A model generated the notes under the pieces. That model was not told the DNA's origin and made no database searches. It was given only the letters and a program-made list of their open reading frames with translations. The position numbers and the translations under genes were made by a program. Positions 25,205 to 38,900 of a DNA stretch of 64,000 bases are shown piece after piece; within the stretch, counting starts at the first letter, position 1; each line of letters opens with the position of its first letter. Source of the DNA: Takakia lepidozioides (Eukaryota; Plantae; Bryophyta); NCBI GenBank assembly GCA_030704615.1, contig CM060731.1, positions 32,984,001-33,048,000 on the forward strand, read 5' to 3'.

Positions 25205-28200
25205 ATGTACAATGCAGGTGGCGAACGGATGCGTAGGCGTAGAATAGATGACCGTCTATGGCGAATGGAAGAAGCTTATGCCACAAGGAATGGGCATACA
25301 AAAATGCTATGCAACTGCGATGAGTGTCATGGAGGAAAAGTACTATTGTTGGAAACAGTGAGGAATCATTACATGATACACGGGAGGGATCCTCTTCTCC
25401 AACGCTGTTCTCTTCCGGTAAGATCGCCACTTTCCCTTCAGCACTTTAGTTTGAATTTTGAATGCAACGATCCTCTTCTCCACATGTCGACATTTCGTTG
25501 GGTGATTGTAGTCAAGAAGCCATAAGATACAGACGTGACTATGACTACGCCACTTCCGTTATCACTTTAATTAATGCACATGTCGTGTTTTCATTGGTCA
25601 TGTGTAGTCATGTAGTCATATATGACTAAGTAAGTGACTGCAACTATGACTTCAATGGTTACAAATGTCGTGTTTTGATTGGGTGTATATTCATAAGATA
25701 CATACGTTAATATGACTGCATCACTGCAACGTCACCGTGCCTCCTATGTCATAATATGAACAAGTGTCACATCGTTGTTGGTCCACTCACAAGATGACTA
25801 TTGGGATGCAGGGATGTGAATATTCAGATGATGAAGACGAAGGCCCTGCGGCACAGCGGGAGCCCAATGTCACAGAGAACGCAGATGAGAGTGGTGGATT
25901 GGAGGTAGAAATGCAGCGTGCATTGCAGGAAGCGTTTCTCTTTGCAGATGCAAACAGAGAGGACCCCATTCATGGTGGAACCGATCACACATTTGCCGAT
26001 CATGACGATGATCTCGACGATTCCGGAGACAATGAATTTGATGAGAATGCTCACCTGCACGTTGATCCCGAGTATGATAAACTCTTCCGCGCGTCGCAAT
26101 GTCCACTTTTTGAAGGGTGCTCCATCAGCTGGCTGCAAGCAACTTTGACGTTGCTGAACGCATGCACTACCCACAAGTGCACCAATGCATTTGTGGATGA
26201 GCTTCTGGGATTGTTGCGTAAGAGTTTTTTGCCTAAAGAGAATTCATTGCCGAAAACTCACTATGAAGCAAAAACCATGATTGCCAAGATGGGATTGCAG
26301 TACACGATGATTCATGCCTGTGAGCGTGGTTGTGTACTCTTCCGTGGGGAGTATGAGAATGTAGACATTTGCCCAGTGTGCCGCAGTTCCCGTTACATTC
26401 CAGGTCGTGGAAGTGTGCCCAAGAAAGTATTGCGACACTTCCCTGTCATTCCAAGGTTGAAACGTATGTACCGATGTAAATCGATCACTAACCTCATGAC
26501 ATGGCACGACAGACATAAGAACTAGGATGGGTTGGTTCGACATCCAGCTGATAGCAAAGCATGGAGACACATTGACACCACATTTGCGGATTTTGTTGCA
26601 GAGCCACGATCTCTGCGATTTGGATTGGCCTTAGACGGTGTAAATCCCTACGGAGCTCAATCCACAAGTTGGAGCACATGGCCCGTTCTCTTGGTCAATT
26701 ACAATCAGCCTCCGTGGTTAATGACCAAAAAGTTCTGTGTCATGTTAGCGCTACTGATTCCTGGTAAGGAGTCTGTTATCTCGGACAACGTAGATGTTTA
26801 TCTGATGCCCCTAGTGGAAGAGCTATTGGAACTATGGAGAGGGATTGCAGCTCATGATGTTTCCCATCCTCGTGGTCAACGCGAATTCACACTGAGGGCA
26901 GTGTTGATGTGGTCAATCCATGACTACCCTGCATATGGCTTGCTCTCAGGTCAAGTGACGAAAGGTTATGCTGGTTGTCCAGCTTGTGGACCCGGGGTGA
27001 CTTCACAGTAGTTACACACATGTGGCAAAATTGTTTTCCTAGGCCACCGAAGATTTTTGGCTTGCAATCATCCATATAGAAGGTCAAGAATGTTCAATGG
27101 CGCTACTGAGCATGGAACTCCTCCAAAAACGCAGACTGGAACACAAATCAAGGACCTTGCAACAGCTCGCACTGCATGGGTGGAAAACGGAGGGACACCA
27201 GATAGCAGGACAGACCCAGCAAAAACTCATGGAGTTAAGCGATTGTCAATTTTATATGTCTTACCTTATTGGGGGTAATTCCTTCATGGCCTTTAAATTG
27301 GCTGTGTACATTTTTGCGTTTTCTGTTTAAATTGTGATGAGTAAATGCTCAATTGCTTATGTGTTCATTTTGTAGGGTCTCCTCATCCGCCACACGTTTG
27401 ACGCAATGCATTGCGAGAAGAACTTGGCTGAAAATATTATTAAAACTATCTTTGGTGAGAAAGACACATTGAAAGTTCGCCGTGATTTGGAGCTACTTGG
27501 GATGCGCCCGGAATTGTGGCTACAACGTGATCCTGACAGAGCAGATACGTTAATTATGCCTCCTGCCCCTTATGTCCTCACTAAGGCTGAGTTACAAGTC
27601 TTTCTGGAGATTGTGCAGAACTTGAAAGTGCCAACAGGCTACGCATCAGCTTTCAAAAAGCATATGGTGAAGAAGAAGTTGTCAGGCATGAAATCACATG
27701 ACTATCATGTGCTCATGCAGCAAATTATACCGCTTGCTATCCGTGGGCTCATGCCAAGTGGTCCTCAAAGGGCCATTTTGCGAGTATGTCGTGTATTTAA
27801 GAAGTTGTGTGCAAAAGTGGTGAATCCTGTAGAGTATAAGGAATTGAGAACTGAAGCAGTTCTCACTCTGTGTCTTATAGAGAAGGAGTTCCCACCATCA
27901 TTTTTTGATGTGATGACACATCTGGTTGTTCACCTAGTGGATGAGTTGTAGTTATGCGGGCCCGTAGCATCTCGTTGGATGTACCCCATGGAGCAGGCAA
28001 TGAAAGATATGAAGGGCTACGTAAGAAACATGGCAAGGCCCGAGGGGAGCATGGCAGAAGGATACCAATTTGAAGAAGCATTGGGTTTTTGCACAGAGTA
28101 TATGGCAGGATTTTATGGAAGTGTACGAAGGGTGTGGGATGCAGATGAGGCAGAATCTGTGGAACGTGAAGTTGTGGAAGGAAGTTCTAAAGCCCGAAAA

Positions 28201-29357
28201 TTGAATGACCTGTGTGATATTGTACATGAGTACATCATTCAGAACTATCCTCGTCTATCCGTCATGTTGGGGTAAGAAATCTACTTCATTGACATTCAGA
28301 TTTCCAAGTTTTAGTCATTTATCATTAGTTGGCATATGGCGTCTTTTCAAATCTCCCACGCCACCTCTGTCAATCTCCTGGCTGACCCTCGGATTGTGAC
28401 ATGATATATGAAGTAGAGTCCACACGGATAGAAGCCAGACGACGCTTGTTTCGTGAGGAGCAAGGGCTGGAAGGCATGAGCAATCCCACGACAATTCAGT
28501 ACCCTCATGATTTGCATCCTTGTCCTCCATTTGCTGTTTGGCTCCCTCAAGGTGTACGAGATCATCTCTCAATTCAATCAGATGGGCTTGATCCTACAAC
28601 ACGTGAGGAATTACTGGATCTTTCAAGGCCTCCATCATTTACTGCCCTGTCATTCAAAAGTATGACAACGTATGGTAACCATTACAGGGTTATATCCCCC
28701 GGCATGAACACAACAAGTATGGTGTCTTTTGATTGTGGAGTCTCATCTGTTTTCCAGCACCAGCCCATTACCAACAATTCAGGCAATGACATGGAGGAAC
28801 CTACAAGATATGTGGGTCTTATAAGGGAGATTTTGCAAATTGACTATGGCCAAACACAGCCTATAGTGTTTTTGTGTTCGTGGGTACGGGCGAGTTGCGT
28901 GGGTCGTCAACCTATGTCAATGAAGCAGGATGATGTTGGCTTCACACTTGTCAATTTTAACCGTATGCTTCCACCTTCTGAGCAACCTTTTGTGTTTCCT
29001 GGCCAGGTTGATCAAGTGTTTTTTTCTGATTGTGTGAAGGAGCCGGGGTGGAAAGTCGTCCTGGAGAAGAGCCCCTGAGCACGTAGAGTGGTCTGCGACA
29101 TATCAATTGATAATGATGATGTGGCGGAAGTGGAAGGATTGTTAGCCCCACAAAGACTAGAGGAGACTGTGGTTACTGATGGCCCAACATGCAGCCGAGC
29201 GGTACCGGTTACTCGAGAGCAGGTGGCCTCCTTGTACCTCCGAGCACCCCGTATACGTGGTGATGATGTTCAGCCAACCCTTGGAGAAGATGAAGTCTGT
29301 GATGAAGACAATGATACATGTAGTGACCCAGACATAGATGAGGATGATGAAGATTAG
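25205..29357 (+). pseudogene. CACTA Tnp2/TnpD transposase (transposase-associated, Transposase_21, DUF4218-like, DUF4216-like regions) with premature stops
   Basis: CNCDEC; IHACERGCVLF..CPVC; LRHFPVIPRLKR; RHPADSKAW; LALDGVNPY; SIHDYPAYG; DAMHCEKN; GMKSHDYH; RWMYPMEQ; EQPFVFPGQVDQVFF. Stops end the ORFs at 26525, 27011, 27951 and 29078. Confidence 0.93.
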
Positions 29358-30339
29358 ATATGCGCAATTTGTGCACTCCAGTTATAGACCATGCATGATA
29401 GTTTAAGGTGGTAACACTCCCTTCGCATTCCCATTAAGATATCATGCTTGGACACTGGATTTTATGATCAATTATGGAGTGCTTTCCTTTCAGCACCATT
29501 TATTCATTTGTTGTTGCAATTGGCTTTGGACCAACCCGTGCTGGTACCATTGCCATGGGTTCTGCCTGTAATGTTTTCTTGCCATGGATTTGGCACACGC
29601 CACGAAAGGCCATCCAGACCATCCTCTGGAAATGCTCCAATGTTGTTTCAAACATCTCCACATTGCAATGGATACAACACTGACATTAGATGAGTGAAAG
29701 TGAGACTAGACCTCCAGCCAGCCGGCTTTCCCACATCAAATTGAAGGGGATCTGTAGATTATAGATAACGGCTGTTGCCTTCTCAATGTCTTTTCCAATC
29801 ACCTCTGCAATGAACTGGGGTATAAGATCCTTCACATCACAAGTTTGAGCATCACGCACAAGCCACTTACGAGGATAGAGTTTCCAATGCGAACCATTGG
29901 TCTTTTATTGATAGCATTGTTGTAAAATACATGGACCAACATGGTCAATTTCGGGAATGACATATAGTACGCTTTCATGTACTATGTAAGCATGCAACTA
30001 TGTACCAGTGACGTGGCTTGTTCGCCACTTAACCTGTTTGCCCATTCAGCCAGCTCCACATTGTCATGGATTTTGCATGCTGGATTGTGAGGCCATCCAC
30101 ACCGTCCTCTGGAAATGCTATCATGGGGTTTCAGCTATGTCCACATTTCCCTGGATTATGCCTGCACGAAGCAAGGCCAACTGCATTCAGCACCCTCCAC
30201 TTTATTATAGTATTGCAGCAACATTCAAAGCACTTCAATTTGTATCCATCGAAAACATCTAGGCTGGAAAAAGACATTGTTGTAGCAGAACTTAGGAAAG
30301 TACTTCTCCCCTTCCACTACACACGTGAAATGAAAGAAG

Positions 30340-31522
30340 CCAACCAACAGCATACCAGCCAAGAAAATATGAAACCAGCTGCACGGGCCATGTGGACCAT
30401 GTGCAGCTCTTTGATCCGTATGGGTTTACTCCATCCGTAGATACAGCCAATCGCACATTGCGTGGGTCCTCGGCGAAATCGGGCCAAGTTGCATCTATAT
30501 GCTTCCATGCAAGGGAATCTGGGACCATGCCTTACCAAACCATCGTTTGAGGCATTCCTGGAATGCCAAGTCATGAGCTCACTAATGGTCTTGCATTTGT
30601 ACATTCGTAATAGACGGGGGATAAGGGGAAAGTGCCTCAACACCTTGGCTGGCTGTTGTAACCTGCCCACATCATGGTATCGGGCTGCACTGCATTTGGG
30701 GCACTCCATAGCGTCCTTGTACTCTCTTCTGAAAAGTACATGTCCTTTTGGACATGCATGTATTTTCACGTAGTTGAGGCCGAGCTTCCCAATCATTTTG
30801 TTGGCCATGTGACAGCTTTTTGGCATTTCATTTGGTTGTGGAAGCAAGTTCAGCCGAAGCAAAGAGAACAACTCGTCCACAAAATGGTCTGAGACACCGT
30901 GGGTTGTGCATAGGTTCATCAACAGCATGGTGGCAGCAAGCTTTGTGGATTTGCATCCCTCGTACAGTGGCACACATGCTTCTTCTAGTGTCATGTGTGC
31001 TGAATTCTCATCTCCATCTCCACCTCCTTCCACGCCTTCCCCCATGTGAATGCCTTCATTTCCTGCGTCATCACCATCCCCAGTTGTCGCAGCGCCGTCC
31101 CCCTCTTCAGCATCGTCCATGATGTGGAATGCTTCCTGCAACATTCGAGTAATCTCCACCCCTCCGTCCATGCCTGGTTCATGTCCTGCGCCCATGACAT
31201 AATCCTCGTCTGGCCTGTTTGTATGGCTCTCCCGGGGGTGTGCATTGTCCAATTGTGCCCACTCCTCATCGTCTTCGTCTGCAGGTCCATCTCCAATCCA
31301 CACCCGAAATGCTTCATGTCTTTTGTGGTGAAGGAGATGTGTGCGCACACCGTCCTCAGATCTACTTGTAGTGCCCAAACAACGTTCACATGGGCATGGC
31401 ATCCTTGAAAGCCCAAGGGCTCGGGCACGTGCCACTTCTCTTTCCCACAACCTGTCATCTCGGGTGTTCTGTCTACAGGGGTGATTAATTGGAAGTCCTC
31501 CGCATGGGCGAGGGGAACTCAT
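30340..31522 (-). pseudogene. Second, divergent CACTA Tnp2 transposase, N-terminal half only
   Basis: CPCERC; KIHACPKGHVLF..CPKC; VLRHFPLIPRL; frameshift, then PDSLAWKHID...STDGVNPYG..STWPV; truncated there. Confidence 0.88.
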
Positions 31523-32499
31523 TTTTGTTGGGGAGCCTCTTCAATGCAGTTTGTGCACGCTGTTGCAGGGGGCCGGATTCTCCTTTGCAGAGACTCCTCA
31601 ATTTGGCTCTGCCACTCCCATTTCACTACCGTCAATTCCCTCCTCCTGCAATCTCAATTTGAAAGGTTCAGCCGCACATCCTTTGGCAGAGAAGACAGTT
31701 GACATTTTATACCAACTGGTAGATTCCAGAACATGATGGAAAGTTACACTCAACAACAAACCATTTAAAAGCCATCAAGATGCTTCCCATCATAACTAGA
31801 ATCTTTTCAACAAGACACTGAGAGAAATGACCAAAATCAACTAAAAGAACGACATCCAGGAAAACCACCTGTCTCTACAGTTCGTGTGTGTGTGAGGAAT
31901 CGGAGGACGTACGTGGAATTTCAATTTTCACGATTCAGGACGTTGTGATCTTGGGTATATGGTTGAATGTGTATGAAATGTGTGCATTGAAGTGTGAACA
32001 ACCCGACTACAAGGCCAGAACTTGCGCCACTTGTCTTAGGCCATAATGAGTGATCTCCACTCATCGGCGGTCATCATCTGCACAATTTCCGGCTGCATCG
32101 ATTCGTCTCTCAAAATCACATTACGATCAAAAGTTTGTAGCAGGGGGTAGTTCGCCCAATGCCACCCTCAGCGGAAGAGCGAGACGGATTGAGGAATCAT
32201 GTATTGGAAGGTCGAATTCCATCACGGATTCGGCCGCGATCTCCAAATCAAGTTTCGGCGGTCAATCCCGTTCCGTTGCCTTGAAATTGCACCGTGGCGG
32301 GAAGGGAGTCCATTTGTGTGGCTCTATCACCATGGCGGGAAGGGGAGCATGTTAAGAATGGAGCATCGCCCTACCACTTCACTCATTTGTAGTTTGCAGC
32401 TTCTTCCACCATCTTTCTTACTTAATTGTGATTCTTGCAATGTTGCCCTTGAGACGACAACTGCAAGTGACCGGATCCTTTGATCGTCACCTTCAAAGA

Positions 32500-34952
32500 C
32501 ACTTACGTGTAGCAGATCGCAGACCCCCAAATGCCTAGAGAGAAAGCCAGATGGCAGTCAATGCATGCACGGTTGTCAGTTGAGCTACACACGCCGACCC
32601 TCCCCTGACTGCCATCCAGGCCTATAAGAAGCTGACTCCTCCCAAAAATCCAGGGTGAAGCCCATGGGGTACAACACTGCCCCACCAACAAGGACATCGT
32701 ACGAGACCACGTCTGTCACAATGGCCTTGGCTCTCATCACTGAGCCATCTATAGGATGATCCGGCTATAGTCTGATAGCCAACTCATGTCGTGTCATGCC
32801 CCGAACCTGCTCTGATCCTCCCAGAGATGTTTGTATCTAGAAAGGGCACGGCTCCATATCCGCCTCCGTGAGGCCCAAGCCTGCAATAGCAGCTCTGTCC
32901 AGCATCTATGGCTGAGCTCCCGAGTCCAACAAGACCCGCAGTGGCCGGTACCTCTTGCCTGCCGGTCCATTCAAACAGAAAATGTCATCCTGGTTGTTTA
33001 ACATGACAACTCTAGGTGTCACCATGGCGCGCTAAATGGCTGGCCTAGCGGGCAGTTCCATCAACCTGGCAGCTGCAGCTTGCCATGGCACCGCTGTGGC
33101 AGTCTTGACCCTCACATCTGAGGATCTCTCCGGCACTACACCTCCCATTATCTCCGCAGAAGATGAAGTAACCTCCCCACTCTCACAGAGTGTAGCTGCC
33201 AGCCTGAACACCTCTTCTGGTCTTACCCCCGGCGTCGCAATCATGGTAGCCGAGAACAATGGAGCTTGGCACACAGATGTGGCCGCCCCCCAGTAGCACA
33301 CTAACTGCCGTAGCCTTGGCAACACTAGGTAGTGGTGCTGCCCGTGTAGCTCTCCCCAATGGCATAGTAACCTCCGCCTTGGTAATAGTCGGGCGAGAAC
33401 TAGGTGCCATGGACGGCGTCAACACTGTCTCTGCCAATGTGAATGACTGAGGAAGCCTGGCCCGACGGCTTGCCTCCCCACGCTGTGGATCCAACTCCAC
33501 CTCTACACCCTGTGGCTCAGGAACTCGTGGTGCTCTTCGAATCACTGCCGAGTTGACTCCACTTGCACTAGTGGTAGTGCTGCCCCGCTCATAGTGGTAG
33601 TGGTAGTGCTGCCCGACACTAATGGTAGTGGTGCCCCACCCACAGTGGTAGTGGTAGTGGCACCCCTCACTAGTGGTAGTGCTGCCCCGCACATGAATCC
33701 CATGCCTCCCATGTCTCCTCCCTCAGGAGCAGGAGGTGGACTATCTGGCCTTGGAGCCGGTACCACCTGAGCTGTGGCCATGGCAGCGAGCCTCTGCTCT
33801 AGCTGCTGAAGCCGGTTGGCCATGCCTTGGTCACCACCCTGACCTCCGCGTCCTTGGCCATGTTGAGCTTGCCCTTGGCCTGCACCTCGTGCCTGGCCAC
33901 CTCATCCTCTCTAGGCTGCTCCACCTCGCCCCCGGCCACCATTGTTCTTTTGGAACTGGCCTGGGCGCAACTCAGGATGCAAACCATAGCACCGGGCTTC
34001 TCCATGCCCGTACTTGCCACAATGCCCACACTGCAACTGTGTAGGCTGTGCCGGTGCCAAACCATTGCCTCCCTCTGGGGAATCCTTCTTGACATGGGGT
34101 CCTCCACATGTCTAGTACACCACATCCGCCCGTTGTTGGCTTGCAAATGAAGGGAGAGACCCCTGCATCTGAGGTCCTCTCTGCCCTTCCCTGGGCTTCA
34201 CCTGAGCCCCCTTGTTGCCTTGAGCACGTTGAGGTAATGGCTGGCTAGGAGCACCACTACCCCGTGGTGCCTCCTTAACAAATCCCACCATGACCACTCG
34301 TTCCTCCACCCTCAGTAGGCTTCCATTGGAACTCTTGCAAGCTCCTCAACTTCTCTGTCCTCACCCCTTGGTAGTTCCTTCTCAACTCTTCGAAGAACTC
34401 CACAACAAGGTTGAAGGCAGGCACCGCCACTGGTGCTGGTGTAGCAGTAGCTTGGGTGGACGTCGTAGTTGCTGTACCACTAGTCCCACTACTGCTCGTG
34501 GAAGCTGCTGTTGTAGCTGCTGCTGCTGGTGCAGCTGCCGGTGTGGCTGCTGCCCTTGTGCCTCTAGTGCCTCTAGTGCCTCTAGTGATTGAGACATAGT
34601 CGGGTGACCAGTACATCCTCCACTCCTCGATCTCAACATCGTGCCCCTGCCTAAACTCATGGTAATCATCCATGGGCAGCCCCTCAAGGTGCTGAAACAG
34701 CCCCTTCCATGCCATAAAAGGCGTAAACAGTTGTGGATTGCGCATTTGCTGCAAGTCACACCAACTATCAAACTCTTGGATAAAATCATCCAACTCAATG
34801 GTGCCCACCGCCCCAAAGTACCTACGTGGCCCTTTGGTGGCTCCATACATCTCCTCCACTGTGTCCCACAACAATGGCAAGGAAACAACTTGCACCGCCG
34901 GTGTGAGTCCTCTTGATTCATAATCCGAATTATAACCTTCCGTAGAAGACAT
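32500..34952 (-). mobile_element. Ty3/gypsy remnant, gag plus protease (probably the 5' half of the 11262-12425 element)
   Basis: gag-like ELDDFIQEFDSWCD; CCHC knuckle CGHCGKYGHGEARC (~33990-34030); protease RVLLDSGAQ (~32912-32940) and YDVLVG. Same strand, and domain order is collinear with the integrase fragment. Confidence 0.8.
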
Positions 34953-35968
34953 AGGAGGTGAAGGTGGCCTAAACCGCACACATCGTCTCGTATGAGGCTC
35001 AACTCGAGAAAGATGAGCCCACCACGATCTGCCGTGAAGATAACAACGCCAGGTGCCCAAACATGTATTGGCCCTTGGATTGATACTTGGGTCAATCCCA
35101 AATGTCAATATATGAAAGCTAGCTATTTCCTAGCTAACTTCACACTAGTGGTAAAATAACTTGACATACGGTCTGAACCAGTCTGCTCAACCAGTCTTTT
35201 GATGTCTGAGTCTGCTGTACCAAGTTGGGACTCAGTCTTCGAACACTCTGCTGTGCCAGCCTTCTCCTGAGCAGACCAGTCTCCCGGTTTTGAACGTGCC
35301 TGCACCTGGCTGACTAGTGAGCCTCATGCGGTCTGCCCATCAGATTGGCCATTCTCAATACGGTGGACTCTCACTTACTCTGCTGACCAAACTTGGCAGT
35401 CTACTGGCCAATGCCATCTGCCTGTACTCTACCACTCCGGTGACTCTCGACACTAGTCTGTTCACAAGTGCAGACTCATGGTTCCCAATTGCATCTGCCA
35501 GTCTGCCGGACTGGTCCCAACTCCTCAGTCTGTCGGACTCTCGTCAGTCTGGCGACATTGCCCTCTGTCTGCTCACAAGCCTACGCATACCCTCTTCCCG
35601 TACTCTGGCAGTCTGCTGACTCTCGGCTGTTTGCTGACCAGTGGACTCCCTTGGTATGTTAAACAAAATGATTGTGTATGCAGGGGTAAGTTCGCTTAAC
35701 AACATGCAATGAATTGGTCACAAGTCTACAGCAACTACTCCACACTGCACTCATATGCGACCAATAGGATGTGTATACAAAGTCATATTTTATTTCATTG
35801 CAAATGCTCAAAAGCATGCTTACATGACAAAAGCGTCCTATGGTCCACAGACTGCCCATACCAAGCGGACTGAGCAGACTCGCCAGACTCACCAGACCGA
35901 GCGGACTGAGCAGACTCACACTTCTGAGCAGACTGGAGTGACCAGACTCAACAGACTGGGAGGGCTAC

Positions 35969-38900
35969 TCACTGGTGCATTTGTCGCTGAAGAACCACTT
36001 CTTTGTCCGTATCCAATGCCATTTTGCGGTCCTTGTTCATGAAGACAACGGACTTGCCTTTCTTTGCAGGTTTCTTGGCAACAGGACCCTCTCGAACTTC
36101 CTGAGTCTGCTCCACGACAGTCCGCTTCTTCGCTCTACTTGTGCCCAGGGATTTGGCGACTACTGTGGCCGGGTTCAATTTAGCAGACTGACAAAGTGAT
36201 GCGGTCCTGCTTCGCAACACGACTGTGTCTACAGGCTTGTTCACACTTGCAGGACCTATATTGGTAGCCTCACGGGTCGCATGCGTTGAACTAATCCGTG
36301 CATCTGTTGGCGTTGTAAGTAAGCCACCTTTTCTGGTTGTGGAGCCAACGTGAGCAACATCGGCGGGTTGTGGAATTGCCTGGGAGGGAAACGGTGTCCT
36401 CAAGTCCTATAGGTACAACAGATCCTGTCAATACACAAAAATTGAACATAAATCTGAAATCACAGAGGTGGAAGACGGCAGGGCACAACCTGTACAGCGT
36501 CATTGGAAGGAAGCGACTGGGCAGACTGCTCCCCTGCTTGAACACCCAAGTCCGGACCTGCTGTAGCCAGGGGTGTTATGACAGATTCCGTGTGCGCAGC
36601 ATGTTGGCCCTTAGTTTGTCCAATGTTATCGTCAGTCTGCTGCTCAGTATCCTCAGTTTGGTTAGCCTGGTGCTTAGTCTGCTTGCCGCTTTGGTCAGTT
36701 TGCTGTCGAGTCTGGTGGACACTCTCGTGTGCGGGGGGAATGACATGTTGGCCCTTAGTCTGTCCATGTTTGGCATCAGTCTGCTGCTCAGTGTCCTCAG
36801 TCTGGCCAGTCTGGTGCTCAGTCTACTCGCCACTATTGTCAGTTTGCTGTCGAGTCTGGTGGACACTCTTGTGGGCGGGGGGAACGGCATGTTGGCCCTC
36901 CCTCAAAGGACCATGTTTAGCGTCAGTATGCTACTCACTGTCCTCAGTTTGGTCAGTCTGGTGCTCAGTCTGCTTTTTGCTCTGGTCAGTCTGCTGTTCA
37001 GCCTGGTGGTCACTCTCATGGTCGGTCTGCTCTTGCAAGGAGGAGATCAATCTATCAACTTGCAAGTCAACTGTGTCTTCAGGGTCTGATGCAGAAAAAG
37101 CTTGACTACCGCCGACATCTAAATTATCCGCGGCAACTACATCGTCTAGTTCTTCAGTAAGGTCAATGATACGGGGTTGAGTTCCCATATTGCGGTCGGT
37201 CACGTAAGAATCATCTGGAGCTTTCACAAGCGAATGAACCAAAACCGGGCTGAGCTGAATGGAAATAGATGGCAGGCCATGGGCCACTGGAGAAGAATGG
37301 TTTACCGGTGCCCAACTTATATCCTCAAATGATGCGCCAATATGTGAAGATGGCCCGGTGGGAAAAGAAGACTCCGTCAATGCACTGATAGAACTCCGCA
37401 GAAATTCAGAGACAGGGTCCCGTTGAGGCCAGTGCAACCGACTTTGTTCAACGAGCCAGGATCCGGATTGGTGGACAGGAAGTGTAGTTGGGTCCTCCGA
37501 GTTAGTGTGGTCGTGAATCTGCTGGACAGTCTGCAGGGCACTGTCATTGTGGTGACTGCTTTCAGTTTGCTGGACAGTCTGGTCAATGGTATGCTGCACA
37601 GTCTGCTGGTGCACAGCTAGGTCATCCGTCTGTAGCCCAGTATGCTCATTGGTATGCTGGACGGTCTGCTTGACAACGACGTCATCGGTATTCTGCATGG
37701 TCTGGTGCAGAGGCAGACCTTCAGTCTGCTTGCCGGTCTGCTCATGAGTCTCCTCGTCCTCGATGTTGCCTGTAGTGCGCCCACTCTCCTGAACAGCGGC
37801 TGGGATAGTGTTGACAGTCTGTCCATGCTCTTTTTGTTGCAGTGGGTCAGTCTGCTGAGCTATGGCGTTGTCAGTAGTCTGCTGAACGGTGTCATGGAGT
37901 CCCTGTAACGCCAGCACAACATCTCGTGCACCTCTGGCAAGGGAATCGAAAGCACACTGCACGTGCTCGTCTAAATCGGAAACAGATGAGTTGGACAAAG
38001 TGAGTCTGACAGGATGGTGGAAGAAAAGACCATGAACTTCACAACGGTCCAGAAGAAGTTGGCATTACCTTCTAGGAGGTTGCCACTGAGACCAATATCT
38101 TGGATTTGGTGTCCCAAGCATGCTCCATCGAGATGACGAATCGCTGGCATGCGGTTTTCAAATGGGGAGCCGCACCAAAGGACTTTGAACACATCCGGTC
38201 TGTTCAATACAATATCGAACACTGCTCGCTCCATTACCGCAGCAAACCATTGCAACGCCTCATCCGCAACACTCTTCTTACCTGCATCCAAATCTGAATG
38301 AAACAAATACTTCTTCAGACTTTGCAGGTCCTTTACCAATTTACTGTATGAACGGAAATTACCGAACTGCATCCATTGATGGTGAAGGAAAGAATTAGCA
38401 ATGTGATGAAAGTACTCTTCAGTAATTCCAAGCAAGTGCTTTCCCCGCACCCCAAAGGTAGGATGTGCCATGGGCATATGTCTGAGTTCTTGAGGCCGTG
38501 GGTCATCCATGAGGATTAATTGGACAAGCAGTGGCGGGGCATTTTGGACCTTCGTGGCTGCCAAGGCAACAGAATGTGCGCTTTCGAGGACTTCATTTGC
38601 TTCTGCCATAGTAAATTCCATGGAATAATGAAAGGGAACAAAAGGCCACTGACCGTCCGTGACAATGCGATGGAGCTCATTATACCAATCCACATTGGCA
38701 TTGACTTCCCCCACCCTCAGACGGGCAAGTGTCAGGTCCACAACTTCAGGATCAATGAGCGGCAATGGCGAGCACCAAACTCCAAAAAGTCCCGTGGTGG
38801 TCGTGACAATGGGAGTCTGCTGGCTGGGAGTCCGCTGGACAACACTGTGGTGGATGGGCGTCTTCTGGGTGGCAGTCTGCTAGCTGGGAGTCTGCAAAGC

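Larger units (their letters stand above)
12426..29400. mobile_element. CACTA (En/Spm) transposon; left terminus intact, right terminus not found
   Basis: CACTACAACAG at 12426 interrupts the gypsy RNase H at G|KLAR. Subterminal ATGACTA repeats at 12450-13050. Encodes TnpA-like and Tnp2-like genes. Right boundary is approximate. Confidence 0.8.

Noticed and set aside
31366-31376. TTGTAGTG+CCC as the right CACTA terminus (8-bp inverted match to CACTACAA with a matching CCC 'TSD')
   Set aside because: It lies inside the continuous Tnp2 ORF 30317-31522 with homologous sequence on both sides. There are no subterminal repeats, and the flank does not rejoin the gypsy RNase H. Treated as coincidence.
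36337-37089. 250-aa Leu/Ser/Val-rich plus-strand ORF resembling a membrane protein
   Set aside because: It is the antisense shadow of the 144-bp CAGTCTG-type repeats; the neighbouring long ORFs run on the minus strand.
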